Source: Auanema rhodensis
Lineage: Eukaryota; Animalia; Nematoda
Direction of reading: 5' to 3'
DNA: 64,000 nt
NCBI GenBank assembly: GCA_964057225.1
Contig: OZ059895.1
Location: 4,774,001 to 4,838,000 of the forward strand
Shown here: piece by piece, positions 1 through 12,800 of the stretch
Layout of the letters: the number at the start of each line of letters is the position of its first letter
How positions within the stretch are numbered: the stretch's first letter is position 1
The notes under the pieces: model-generated
The model's database searches: none
What the model saw: only the letters and a program-made list of their open reading frames with translations
Told to the model about the DNA's origin: nothing
Translations under genes and position numbers: made by a program

Positions 1-78
1 TCGAATGCACTTTACTACATTGAGAAACGCTTAATACAAAAATTAGTTATTATCGTTTGAAAAATGATGCATTAGTGT

Positions 79-106
79 ATGTTGAGTTTCCATGTACACT
101 CAACAT
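79..106. repeat. Intra-monomer inverted repeat 1 (9-bp stem, 10-nt loop)
   Basis: ATGTTGAGT (79-87) is the reverse complement of ACTCAACAT (98-106). An alternative pairing is AGTGTA (74-79) with TACACT (95-100). Confidence 0.9.
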
Positions 107-119
107 TGCTTCCAAAAAC

Positions 120-154
120 ATTTTGACAAAAATTTTTTCGAAAAATTTCAAAAT
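120..154. repeat. Intra-monomer inverted repeat 2 (imperfect palindrome centred on TTCGAA)
   Basis: Perfect 12-bp palindrome TTTTTCGAAAAA (134-145), flanked by ATTTTGA (120-126) and TCAAAAT (148-154). Confidence 0.9.
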
Positions 155-288
155 AATTTAGCAAAAAGTGGATGTTTTTAGATTCTTTTTTTTAAGGCAA
201 AAATGATGGACAATGTTATTCAACGAAAAAATTAATTCTTCAGGGTGAAAATCGAGGATATAAGTGTGAACATATATCAGTTGATATC

Positions 289-355
289 TCGGTGCATTTT
301 TAAGCTAGCGCAAATCTGATAACACAGATCGACGCAGCTTAAAAATCCGCATCGA
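289..355. repeat. Intra-monomer inverted repeat 4 (long bulged stem-loop of about 67 nt)
   Basis: ATTTTTAAGCT (296-306) pairs with AGCTTAAAAAT (336-346). Inner pairs are GCG/CGC and ATCTG (314-318)/CAGAT (325-329). The outer pair is TCGGTGC/GCATCGA with one mismatch. Confidence 0.9.
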
Positions 356-607
356 ATGCACTATACTACATCGAGAAACGCTTAATACAAAAATTAGTTA
401 TGATCGTTTGAAAAATGATGCATTAGTGTATGTTGAGTTTCCATGTACACTCAACATTGCTTCGAAAAACATTTTGACAAAAATTTTTTCGAAAAATTTC
501 AAAATAATTTAGCGAAAAGTAGATGTATTTAGATTCCTTTTTCTAAGGCAAAGATGATGGACAATGTTATTCAACGAAAAAATTAATTCTTCAGGGTGAA
601 AATCGAG

Positions 608-629
608 GATATAAGTGTGAACTTATATC
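608..629. repeat. Intra-monomer inverted repeat 3 (8-bp stem, 6-nt loop; monomer positions 257-278, shown in copy 2)
   Basis: GATATAAG-TGTGAA-CTTATATC, overlapping a second short dyad ATATCA-GT-TGATAT. Confidence 0.9.
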
Positions 630-3600
630 AGTTGATATCTCGGTGCATTTTCAAGCTAGCGCAAATCTGATAACACAGATCGACGCAGCTTAAAAATCCG
701 CATCGAATGCACTATACTTCATTGAGAAACGCTTAATACAAAAATTAGTTATGATCGTTTGAAAAATGATGCATTAGTGTATGTTGAGTTTCCATGTACA
801 CTCAACATTGCTTCGAAAAACATTTTGACAAAAATTTTTTCGAAAAATTTCAAAATAATTTAGCAAAAAGTGGATGTTTTTAGATTCTTTTTTTTAAGGC
901 AAAGATGATGGACAATGTTATTCAACGAACAAATTAATTCTTCAGGGTGAAAATCGAGGATATAAGTGTGAACTTATATCAGTTGATATCTCGGTGCATT
1001 TTCAAGCTAGCGCAAATCTGATAACACAGATCGACGCAGCTTAAAAATTCGCATCGAATGCACTATACTTCATTGAGAAACGCTTAATACAAAAATTAGT
1101 TATGATCGTTTGAAAAATGATGCATTAGTGTATGTTGAGTTTCCATGTACACTCAACATTGCTTCGAAAAACATTTTGACAAAAATTTTTTCGAAAAATT
1201 TCAAAATAATTTAGCAAAAAGTAGATGTTTTTAGATTCCTTTTTCTAAGGCAAAGACGATGGACAATGTTATTCAACGAAAAAATTAATTCTTCAGGGTG
1301 AAAATCGAGGATATAAGTGTGAACTTATATCAGTTGATATCTCGGTGCATTTTTAAGCTAACGCAAATCTGATAACACAGATCGACGCAGCTTAAAAATC
1401 CGCATCGAATGCACTATACTACATCGAGAAACGCTTAATACAAAAATTAGTTATGATCGTTTGAAAAATGATGCATTAGTGTATGTTGAGTTTCCATGTA
1501 CACTCAACATTGCTTCGAAAAACATTTTGACAAAAATTTTTTCGAAAAATTTCAAAATAATTTAGCAAAAAGTAGATGTTTTTAGATTCCTTTTTCTAAG
1601 GCAAAAATGATGGACAATGTTATTCAACGAAAAAATTAATTCTTCAGGGTGAAAATCGAGGATATAAGTGTGAACATATATCAGTTGATATCTCGGTGCA
1701 TTTTCAAGCTAGCGCAAATCTGATAACACAGATCGACGCAGCTTAAAAATCCGCATCGAATGCACTATACTTCATTGAGAAACGCTTAATACAAAAATTA
1801 GTTATGATCGTTTGAAAAATGATGCATTAGTGTATGTTGAGTTTCCATGTACACTCAACATTGCTTCCAAAAACATTTTGACAAAAATTTTTTCGAAAAA
1901 TTTCAAAATAATTTAGCAAAAAGTGGATGTTTTTAGATTCTTTTTTTTAAGGCAAAGACGATGGACAATGTTATTCAACGAAAAAATTAATTCTTCAGGG
2001 TGAAAATCGAGGATATAAGTGTGAACTTATATCAGTTGATATCTCGGTGCATTTTTAAGCTAGCGCAAATCTGATAACACAGATCGACGTAGCTTAAAAA
2101 TCCGCATCGAATGCACTATACTTCATTGAGAAACGCTTAATACAAAAATTAGTTATGGTCGTTTGAAAAATGATGCATTAGTGTATGTTGAGTTTCCATG
2201 TACACTCAACATTGCTTCGAAAAACATTTTGACAAAAATTTTTTCGAAAAATTTCAAAATAATTTAGCAAAAAGTAGATGTTTTTAGATTCCTTTTTTCA
2301 AGGCAAAGACGATGGACAATGTTATTCAACGAAAAAATTAATTCTTCAGGGTGAAAATCGAGGATATAAGTGTGAACTTATATCAGTTGATATCTCGGTG
2401 CATTTTTAAGCTAGCGCAAATCTGATAACACAGATCGACGCAGCTTAAAAATCCGCATCGAATGCACTATACTTCATTGAGAAACGCTTAATACAAAAAT
2501 TAGTTATGATCGTTTGAAAAATGATGCATTAGTGTATGTTGAGTTTCCATGTACACTCAACATTGCTTCCAAAAACATTTTGACAAAAATTTTTTCGAAA
2601 AATTTCAAAATAATTTAGCAAAAAGTAGATGTTTTTAGATTCCTTTTTTCAAGGCAAAGACGATGGACAATGTTATTCAACGAAAAAATTAATTCTTCAG
2701 GGTGAAAATCGAGGATATAAGTGTGAACTTATATCAGTTGATATCTCGGTGCATTTTCATTCAAGCTAGCGCAAATCTGATAACACAGATCGACGCAGCT
2801 TAAAAATCCGCATCGAATGCACTATACTTCATTGAGAAACGCTTAATACAAAAATTAGTTATGATCGTTTGAAAAATGATGCATTAGTGTATGTTGAGTT
2901 TCCATGTACACTCAACATTGCTTCCAAAAACATTTTGACAAAAATTTTTTCGAAAAATTTCAAAATAATTTAGCAAAAAGTAGATGTTGTTAGATTCCTT
3001 TTTTCAAGGCAAAGACGATGGACAATGTTATTCAACGAAAAAATTAATTCTTCAGGGTGAAAATCGAGGATATAAGTGTGAACTTATATCAGTTGATATC
3101 TCGGTGCGTTTTCAAGCTAGCGCAAATCTGATAACACAGATCGACGCAGCTTAAAAATCCGCATCGAATGCACTATACTTCATTGAGAAACGCTTAATAC
3201 AAAAATTAGTTATGATCGTTTGAAAAATGATGCATTAGTGTATGTTGAGTTTCCATGTACACTCAACATTGCTTCGAAAAACATTTTGACAAAAATTTTT
3301 TCGAAAAATTTCAAAATAATTTAGCAAAAAGTAGATGTTTTTAGATTCCTTTTTCTAAGGCAAAAATGATGGACAATGTTATTCAACGAAAAAATTAATT
3401 CTTCAGGGTGAAAATCGAGGATATAAGTGTGAACATATATCAGTTGATATCTCGGTGCATTTTTAAGCTAACGCAAATCTGATAACACAGATCGACGCAG
3501 CTTAAAAATCCGCATCGAATGCACTATACTACATCGAGAAACGCTTAATACAAAAATTAGTTATGATCGTTTGAAAAATGATGCATTAGTGTATGTTGAG

Positions 3601-3865
3601 TTTCCATGTACACTCAACATTGCTTCCAAAAACATTTTGACAAAAATTTTTTCGAAAAATTTCAAAATAATTTAGCAAAAAGTAGATGTTTTTAGATTCC
3701 TTTTTTTAAGGCAAAAATGATGGACAATGTTATTAAACGAAAAAATTAATTCTTCAGGGTGAAAATCGAGGATATAAGTGTGAACTTATATCAGTTGATA
3801 TCTCGGTGCATTTTCAAGCTAGCGCAAATCTGATAACACAGATCGACGCAGCTTAAAAATCCGCA

Positions 3866-6800
3866 TCGAATGCACTATACTTCATTGAGAAACGCTTAAT
3901 ACAAAAATTAGTTATGATCGTTTGAAAAATGATGCATTAGTGTATGTTGAGTTTCCATGTACACTCAACATTGCTTCCAAAAACATTTTGACAAAACTTT
4001 TTTCGAAAAATTTCAAAATAATTTAGCAAAAAGTAGATGTTTTTAGATTCCTTTTTTTAAGGCAAAAATGATGGACAATGTTATTAAACGAAAAAATTAA
4101 TTCTTCAGGGTGAAAATCGAGGATATAAGTGTGAACTTATATCAGTTGATATCTCGGTGCATTTTTAAGCTAGCGCAAATCTGATAACACAGATCGACGC
4201 AGCTTAAAAATCCGCATCGAATGCACTATACTTCATTGAGAAACGCTTAATACAAAAATTAGTTATGATCGTTTGAAAAATGATGCATTAGTGTATGTTG
4301 AGTTTCCATGTACACTCAACATTGCTTCCAAAAACATTTTGACAAAAATTTTTTCGAAAAATTTCAAAATAATTTAGCAAAAAGTAGATGTTTTTAGATT
4401 TCTTTTTTTAAGGCAAAAATGATGGACAATGTTATTAAACGAAAAAATTAATTCTTCAGGGTGAAAATCGAGGATATAAGTGTGAACTTATATCAGTTGA
4501 TATCTCGGTGCATTTTCAAGCTAGCGCAAATCTGATAACACAGATCGACGCAGCTTAAAAATCCGCATCGAATGCACTATACTTCATTGAGAAACGCTTA
4601 ATACAAAAATTAGTTATGATCGTTTGAAAAATGATGCATTAGTGTATGTTGAGTTTCCATGTACACTCAACATTGCTTCCAAAAACATTTTGACAAAAAT
4701 TTTTTCGAAAAATTTCAAAATAATTTAGCAAAAAGTAGATGTTTTTAGATTCCTTTTTTTAAGGCAAAAATGATGGACAATGTTATTAAACGAAAAAATT
4801 AATTCTTCAGGGTGAAAATCGAGGATATAAGTGTGAACTTATATCAGTTGATATCTCGGTGCATTTTCAAGCTAGCGCAAATCTGATAACACAGATCGAC
4901 GCAGCTTAAAAATCCGCATCGAATGCACTATACTTCATTGAGAAACGCTTAATACAAAAATTAGTTATGATCGTTTGAAAAATGATGCATTAGTGTATGT
5001 TGAGTTTCCATGTACACTCAACATTGCTTCCAAAAACATTTTGACAAAACTTTTTTCGAAAAATTTCAAAATAATTTAGCAAAAAGTAGATGTTTTTAGA
5101 TTCCTTTTTTTAAGGCAAAAATGATGGACAATGTTATTAAACGAAAAAATTAATTCTTCAGGGTGAAAATCGAGGATATAAGTGTGAACTTATATCAGTT
5201 GATATCTCGGTGCATTTTTAAGCTAGCGCAAATCTGATAACACAGATCGACGCAGCTTAAAAATCCGCATCGAATGCACTATACTTCATTGAGAAACGCT
5301 TAATACAAAAATTAGTTATGATCGTTTGAAAAATGATGCATTAGTGTATGTTGAGTTTCCATGTACACTCAACATTGCTTCCAAAAACATTTTGACAAAA
5401 ATTTTTTCGAAAAATTTCAAAATAATTTAGCAAAAAGTAGATGTTTTTAGATTTCTTTTTTTAAGGCAAAAATGATGGACAATGTTATTAAACGAAAAAA
5501 TTAATTCTTCAGGGTGAAAATCGAGGATATAAGTGTGAACTTATATCAGTTGATATCTCGGTGCATTTTCAAGCTAGCGCAAATCTGATAACACAGATCG
5601 ACGCAGCTTAAAAATCCGCATCGAATGCACTATACTTCATTGAGAAACGCTTAATACAAAAATTAGTTATGATCGTTTGAAAAATGATGCATTAGTGTAT
5701 GTTGAGTTTCCATGTACACTCAACATTGCTTCCAAAAACATTTTGACAAAAATTTTTTCGAAAAATTTCAAAATAATTTAGCAAAAAGTAGATGTTTTTA
5801 GATTCCTTTTTTTAAGGCAAAAATGATGGACAATGTTATTAAACGAAAAAATTAATTCTTCAGGGTGAAAATCGAGGATATAAGTGTGAACTTATATCAG
5901 TTGATATCTCGGTGCATTTTCAAGCTAGCGCAAATCTGATAACACAGATCGACGCAGCTTAAAAATCCGCATCGAATGCACTATACTTCATTGAGAAACG
6001 CTTAATATGAAAATTAGTTATGATCGTTTGAAAAATGATGCATTAGTGTATGTTGAGTTTCCATGTACACTCAACATTGCTTCCAAAAACATTTTGACAA
6101 AAATTTTTTCGAAAAATTTCAGAATAATTTAGCAAAAAGTAGATGTTTTTAGATTCTTTTTTTCAAGGCAAAGACGATGGACAATGTTATTCAACGAAAA
6201 AATTAATTCTTCAGGGTGAAAATCGAGGATATAAGTGTGAACATATATCAGTTGATATCTCGGTGCATTTTTAAGCTAGCGCAAATCTGATAACACAGAT
6301 CGACGCAGCTTAAAAATCCGCATCGAATGCACTATACTACATCGAGAAACGCTTAATACAAAAATTAGTTATGATCGTTTGAAAAATGATGCATTAGTGT
6401 ATGTTGAGTTTCCATGTACACTCAACATTGCTTCGAAAAACATTTTGACAAAAATTTTTTCGAAAAATTTCAAAATAATTTAGCGAAAAGTAGATGTATT
6501 TAGATTCCATTTTCTAAGGCAAAAATGATGGACAATGTTATTCAACGAAAAAATTAATTCTTCAGGGTGAAAATCGAGGATATAAGTGTGAACTTATATC
6601 AGTTGATATCTCGGTGCATTTTCAAGCTAGCGCAAATCTGGTAACACAGATCGACGCAGCTTAAAAATCCGCATCGAATGCACTATACTTCATTGAGAAA
6701 CGCTTAATACAAAAATTAGTTATGATCGTTTGAAAAATGATGCATTAGTGTATGTTGAGTTTCCATGTACACTCAACATTGCTTCCAAAAACATTTTGAC

Positions 6801-9800
6801 AAAACTTTTTTCGAAAAATTTCAAAATAATTTAGCAAAAAGTAGATGTTTTTAGATTCCTTTTTTTAAGGCAAAAATGATGGACAATGTTATTAAACGAA
6901 AAAATTAATTCTTCAGGGTGAAAATCGAGGATATAAGTGTGAACTTATATCAGTTGATATCTCGGTGCATTTTTAAGCTAGCGCAAATCTGATAACACAG
7001 ATCGACGCAGCTTAAAAATCCGCATCGAATGCACTATACTTCATTGAGAAACGCTTAATACAAAAATTAGTTATGATCGTTTGAAAAATGATGCATTAGT
7101 GTATGTTGAGTTTCCATGTACACTCAACATTGCTTCCAAAAACATTTTGACAAAAATTTTTTCGAAAAATTTCAAAATAATTTAGCAAAAAGTAGATGTT
7201 TTTAGATTTCTTTTTTTAAGGCAAAAATGATGGACAATGTTATTAAACGAAAAAATTAATTCTTCAGGGTGAAAATCGAGGATATAAGTGTGAACTTATA
7301 TCAGTTGATATCTCGGTGCATTTTCAAGCTAGCGCAAATCTGATAACACAGATCGACGCAGCTTAAAAATCCGCATCGAATGCACTATACTTCATTGAGA
7401 AACGCTTAATACAAAAATTAGTTATGATCGTTTGAAAAATGATGCATTAGTGTATGTTGAGTTTCCATGTACACTCAACATTGCTTCCAAAAACATTTTG
7501 ACAAAAATTTTTTCGAAAAATTTCAAAATAATTTAGCAAAAAGTAGATGTTTTTAGATTCCTTTTTTTAAGGCAAAAATGATGGACAATGTTATTAAACG
7601 AAAAAATTAATTCTTCAGGGTGAAAATCGAGGATATAAGTGTGAACTTATATCAGTTGATATCTCGGTGCATTTTCAAGCTAGCGCAAATCTGATAACAC
7701 AGATCGACGCAGCTTAAAAATCCGCATCGAATGCACTATACTTCATTGAGAAACGCTTAATATGAAAATTAGTTATGATCGTTTGAAAAATGATGCATTA
7801 GTGTATGTTGAGTTTCCATGTACACTCAACATTGCTTCCAAAAACATTTTGACAAAAATTTTTTCGAAAAATTTCAGAATAATTTAGCAAAAAGTAGATG
7901 TTTTTAGATTCTTTTTTTCAAGGCAAAGACGATGGACAATGTTATTCAACGAAAAAATTAATTCTTCAGGGTGAAAATCGAGGATATAAGTGTGAACTTA
8001 TATCAGTTGATATCTCGGTGCATTTTTAAGCTAGCGCAAATCTGATAACACAGATCGACGCAGCTTAAAAATCCGCATCGAATGCACTTTACTACATTGA
8101 GAAACGCTTAATACAAAAATTAGTTATTATCGTTTGAAAAATGATGCATTAGTGTATGTTGAGTTTCCATGTACACTCAACATTGCTTCCAAAAACATTT
8201 TGACAAAAATTTTTTCGAAAAATTTCAAAATAATTTAGCAAAAAGTGGATGTTTTTAGATTCTTTTTTTTAAGGCAAAAATGATGGACAATGTTATTCAA
8301 CGAAAAAATTAATTCTTCAGGGTGAAAATCGAGGATATAAGTGTGAACATATATCAGTTGATATCTCGGTGCATTTTTAAGCTAGCGCAAATCTGATAAC
8401 ACAGATCGACGCAGCTTAAAAATCCGCATCGAATGCACTATACTACATCGAGAAACGCTTAATACAAAAATTAGTTATGATCGTTTGAAAAATGATGCAT
8501 TAGTGTATGTTGAGTTTCCATGTACACTCAACATTGCTTCGAAAAACATTTTGACAAAAATTTTTTCGAAAAATTTCAAAATAATTTAGCGAAAAGTAGA
8601 TGTATTTAGATTCCATTTTCTAAGGCAAAAATGATGGACAATGTTATTCAACGAAAAAATTAATTCTTCAGGGTGAAAATCGAGGATATAAGTGTGAACT
8701 TATATCAGTTGATATCTCGGTGCATTTTCAAGCTAGCGCAAATCTGATAACACAGATCGACGCAGCTTAAAAATCCGCATCGAATGCACTATACTTCATT
8801 GAGAAACGCTTAATACAAAAATTAGTTATGATCGTTTGAAAAATGATGCATTAGTGTATGTTGAGTTTCCATGTACACTCAACATTGCTTCCAAAAACAT
8901 TTTGACAAAAATTTTTTCGAAAAATTTCAAAATAATTTAGCAAAAAGTAGATGTTTTTAGATTCCTTTTTTTAAGGCAAAAATGATGGACAATGTTATTA
9001 AACGAAAAAATTAATTCTTCAGGGTGAAAATCGAGGATATAAGTGTGAACTTATATCAGTTGATATCTCGGTGCATTTTCAAGCTAGCGCAAATCTGATA
9101 ACACAGATCGACGCAGCTTAAAAATCCGCATCGAATGCACTATACTTCATTGAGAAACGCTTAATACAAAAATTAGTTATGATCGTTTGAAAAATGATGC
9201 ATTAGTGTATGTTGAGTTTCCATGTACACTCAACATTGCTTCCAAAAACATTTTGACAAAAATTTTTTCGAAAAATTTCAAAATAATTTAGCAAAAAGTA
9301 GATGTTTTTAGATTCCTTTTTTTAAGGCAAAAATGATGGACAATGTTATTAAACGAAAAAATTAATTCTTCAGGGTGAAAATCGAGGATATAAGTGTGAA
9401 CTTATATCAGTTGATATCTCGGTGCATTTTCAAGCTAGCGCAAATCTGATAACACAGATCGACGCAGCTTAAAAATCCGCATCGAATGCACTATACTTCA
9501 TTGAGAAACGCTTAATATGAAAATTAGTTATGATCGTTTGAAAAATGATGCATTAGTGTATGTTGAGTTTCCATGTACACTCAACATTGCTTCCAAAAAC
9601 ATTTTGACAAAAATTTTTTCGAAAAATTTCAGAATAATTTAGCAAAAAGTAGATGTTTTTAGATTCTTTTTTTCAAGGCAAAGACGATGGACAATGTTAT
9701 TCAACGAAAAAATTAATTCTTCAGGGTGAAAATCGAGGATATAAGTGTGAACTTATATCAGTTGATATCTCGGTGCATTTTCAAGCTAGCGCAAATCTGA

Positions 9801-9832
9801 TAACACAGATCGACGCAGCTTAAAAATCCGCA
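3866..9832 (+). repeat. Local higher-order repeat domain with 3-mer and 5-mer periodicity
   Basis: The ACAAAACTTT variant lies at 3997, 5050 and 6805 (spacings 1053 and 1755). Monomers carrying TAATATGAAA and TTCAGAAT start at 5972, 7727 and 9482 (spacing 1755). Confidence 0.85.
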
Positions 9833-12800
9833 TCGAATGCACTATACTTCATTGAGAAACGCTTAATACAAAAATTAGTTATGATCGTTTGAAAAATGAT
9901 GCATTAGTGTATGTTGAGTTTCCATGTACACTCAACATTGCTTCCAAAAACATTTTGACAAAAATTTTTTCGAAAAATTTCAAAATAATTTAGCAAAAAG
10001 TAGATGTTTTTAGATTCTTTTTTTCAAGGCAAAGACGATGGACAATGTTATTCAACGAAAAAATTAATTCTTCAGGGTGAAAATCGAGGATATAAGTGTG
10101 AACTTATATCAGTTGATATCTCGGTGCATTTTTAAGCTAGCGCAAATCTGATAACACAGATCGACGCAGCTTAAAAATCCGCATCGAATGCACTTTACTA
10201 CATTGAGAAACGCTTAATACAAAAATTAGTTATTATCGTTTGAAAAATGATGCATTAGTGTATGTTGAGTTTCCATGTACACTCAACATTGCTTCCAAAA
10301 ACATTTTGACAAAAATTTTTTCGAAAAATTTCAAAATAATTTAGCAAAAAGTGGATGTTTTTAGATTCTTTTTTTTAAGGCAAAAATGATGGACAATGTT
10401 ATTCAACGAAAAAATTAATTCTTCAGGGTGAAAATCGAGGATATAAGTGTGAACATATATCAGTTGATATCTCGGTGCATTTTTAAGCTAGCGCAAATCT
10501 GATAACACAGATCGACGCAGCTTAAAAATCCGCATCGAATGCACTATACTACATCGAGAAACGCTTAATACAAAAATTAGTTATGATCGTTTGAAAAATG
10601 ATGCATTAGTGTATGTTGAGTTTCCATGTACACTCAACATTGCTTCGAAAAACATTTTGACAAAAATTTTTTCGAAAAATTTCAAAATAATTTAGCGAAA
10701 AGTAGATGTATTTAGATTCCATTTTCTAAGGCAAAGATGATGGACAATGTTATTCAACGAAAAAATTAATTCTTCAGGGTGAAAATCGAGGATATAAGTG
10801 TGAACTTATATCAGTTGATATCTCGGTGCATTTTCAAGCTAGCGCAAATCTGATAACACAGATCGACGCAGCTTAAAAATCCGCATCGAATGCACTATAC
10901 TTCATTGAGAAACGCTTAATACAAAAATTAGTTATGATCGTTTGAAAAATGATGCATTAGTGTATGTTGAGTTTCCATGTACACTCAACATTGCTTCGAA
11001 AAACATTTTGACAAAAATTTTTTCGAAAAATTTCAAAATAATTTAGCAAAAAGTGGATGTTTTTAGATTCTTTTTTTTAAGGCAAAGATGATGGACAATG
11101 TTATTCAACGAAAAAATTAATTCTTCAGGGTGAAAATCGAGGATATAAGTGTGAACTTATATCAGTTGATATCTCGGTGCATTTTCAAGCTAGCGCAAAT
11201 CTGATAACACAGATCGACGCAGCTTAAAAATCCGCATCGAATGCACTATACTTCATTGAGAAACGCTTAATACAAAAATTAGTTATGATCGTTTGAAAAA
11301 TGATGCATTAGTGTATGTTGAGTTTCCATGTACACTCAACATTGCTTCGAAAAACATTTTGACAAAAATTTTTTCGAAAAATTTCAAAATAATTTAGCAA
11401 AAAGTAGATGTTTTTAGATTCCTTTTTCTAAGGCAAAAATGATGGACAATGTTATTCAACGAAAAAATTAATTCTTCAGGGTGAAAATCGAGGATATAAG
11501 TGTGAACATATATCAGTTGATATCTCGGTGCATTTTTATAGCTAACGCAAATCTGATAACACAGATCGACGCAGCTTAAAAATCCGCATCGAATGCACTA
11601 TACTACATCGAGAAACGCTTAATACAAAAATTAGTTATGATCGTTTGAAAAATGATGCATTAGTGTATGTTGAGTTTCCATGTACACTCAACATTGCTTC
11701 GAAAAACATTTTGACAAAAATTTTTTCGAAAAATTTCAAAATAATTTAGCAAAAAGTGGATGTTTTTAGATTCTTTTTTTTAAGGCAAAGACGATGGACA
11801 ATGTTATTCAACGAAAAAATTAATTCTTCAGGGTGAAAATCGAGGATATAAGTGTGAACTTATATCAGTTGATATCTCGGTGCATTTTTAAGCTAACGCA
11901 AATCTGATAACACAGATCGACGCAGCTTAAAAATCCGCATCGAATGCACTATACTACATCGAGAAACGCTTAATACAAAAATTAGTTATGATCGTTTGAA
12001 AAATGATGCATTAGTGTATGTTGAGTTTCCATGTACACTCAACATTGCTTCGAAAAACATTTTGACAAAAATTTTTTCGAAAAATTTCAAAATAATTTAG
12101 CAAAAAGTAGATGTTTTTAGATTCCTTTTTCTAAGGCAAAAATGATGGACAATGTTATTCAACGAAAAAATTAATTCTTCAGGGTGAAAATCGAGGATAT
12201 AAGTGTGAACATATATCAGTTGATATCTCGGTGCATTTTTAAGCTAGCGCAAATCTGATAACACAGATCGACGCAGCTTAAAAATCCGCATCGAATGCAC
12301 TATACTACATCGAGAAACGCTTAATACAAAAATTAGTTATGATCGTTTGAAAAATGATGCATTAGTGTATGTTGAGTTTCCATGTACACTCAACATTGCT
12401 TCCAAAAACATTTTGACAAAAATTTTTTCGAAAAATTTCAAAATAATTTAGCAAAAAGTGGATGTTTTTAGATTCTTTTTTTTAAGGCAAAGACGATGGA
12501 CAATGTTATTCAACGAAAAAATTAATTCTTCAGGGTGAAAATCGAGGATATAAGTGTGAACTTATATCAGTTGATATCTCGGTGCATTTTTAAGCTAGCG
12601 CAAATCTGATAACACAGATCGACGTAGCTTAAAAATCCGCATCGAATGCACTATACTTCATTGAGAAACGCTTAATACAAAAATTAGTTATGATCGTTTG
12701 AAAAATGATGCATTAGTGTATGTTGAGTTTCCATGTACACTCAACATTGCTTCGAAAAACATTTTGACAAAAATTTTTTCGAAAAATTTCAAAATAATTT

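Larger units (their letters stand above)
1..351 (+). repeat. Representative monomer (arbitrary phase), about 69% AT with many A/T tracts
   Basis: Hand count of the consensus gives about 110 G+C in 351 bp. Sites visible in the monomer: NsiI ATGCAT (67-72), BsrGI TGTACA (93-98), BstBI TTCGAA (137-142), EcoRV GATATC (283-288), NheI GCTAGC (304-309). Confidence 0.97.

Noticed and set aside
136-152. CENP-B box-like motif at TTCGAAAAA
   Set aside because: It matches only TTCG....A and lacks the CGGG half of the box.
257-308. Helitron 3' end (hairpin followed by CTAG at 305-308)
   Set aside because: The hairpin is AT-rich and ends about 26 bp upstream of CTAG, farther than the typical short spacing. 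No other Helitron features are visible.
1-351. Tandem 5S rRNA, tRNA, snRNA or spliced-leader gene cluster
   Set aside because: I recognise no 5S, tRNA cloverleaf, Pol III A/B box or spliced-leader sequence. An Infernal/Rfam search was not run and would be the decisive test.
289-355. Bacterial intrinsic terminators or promoters
   Set aside because: There are no genes to regulate, the stems are AT-rich, and the context is a satellite array.
11521-11540. Singleton one-base indels (here, and near 40925, 44792 and 52110)
   Set aside because: They lie in or beside homopolymer runs and cannot be distinguished from sequencing or consensus error.
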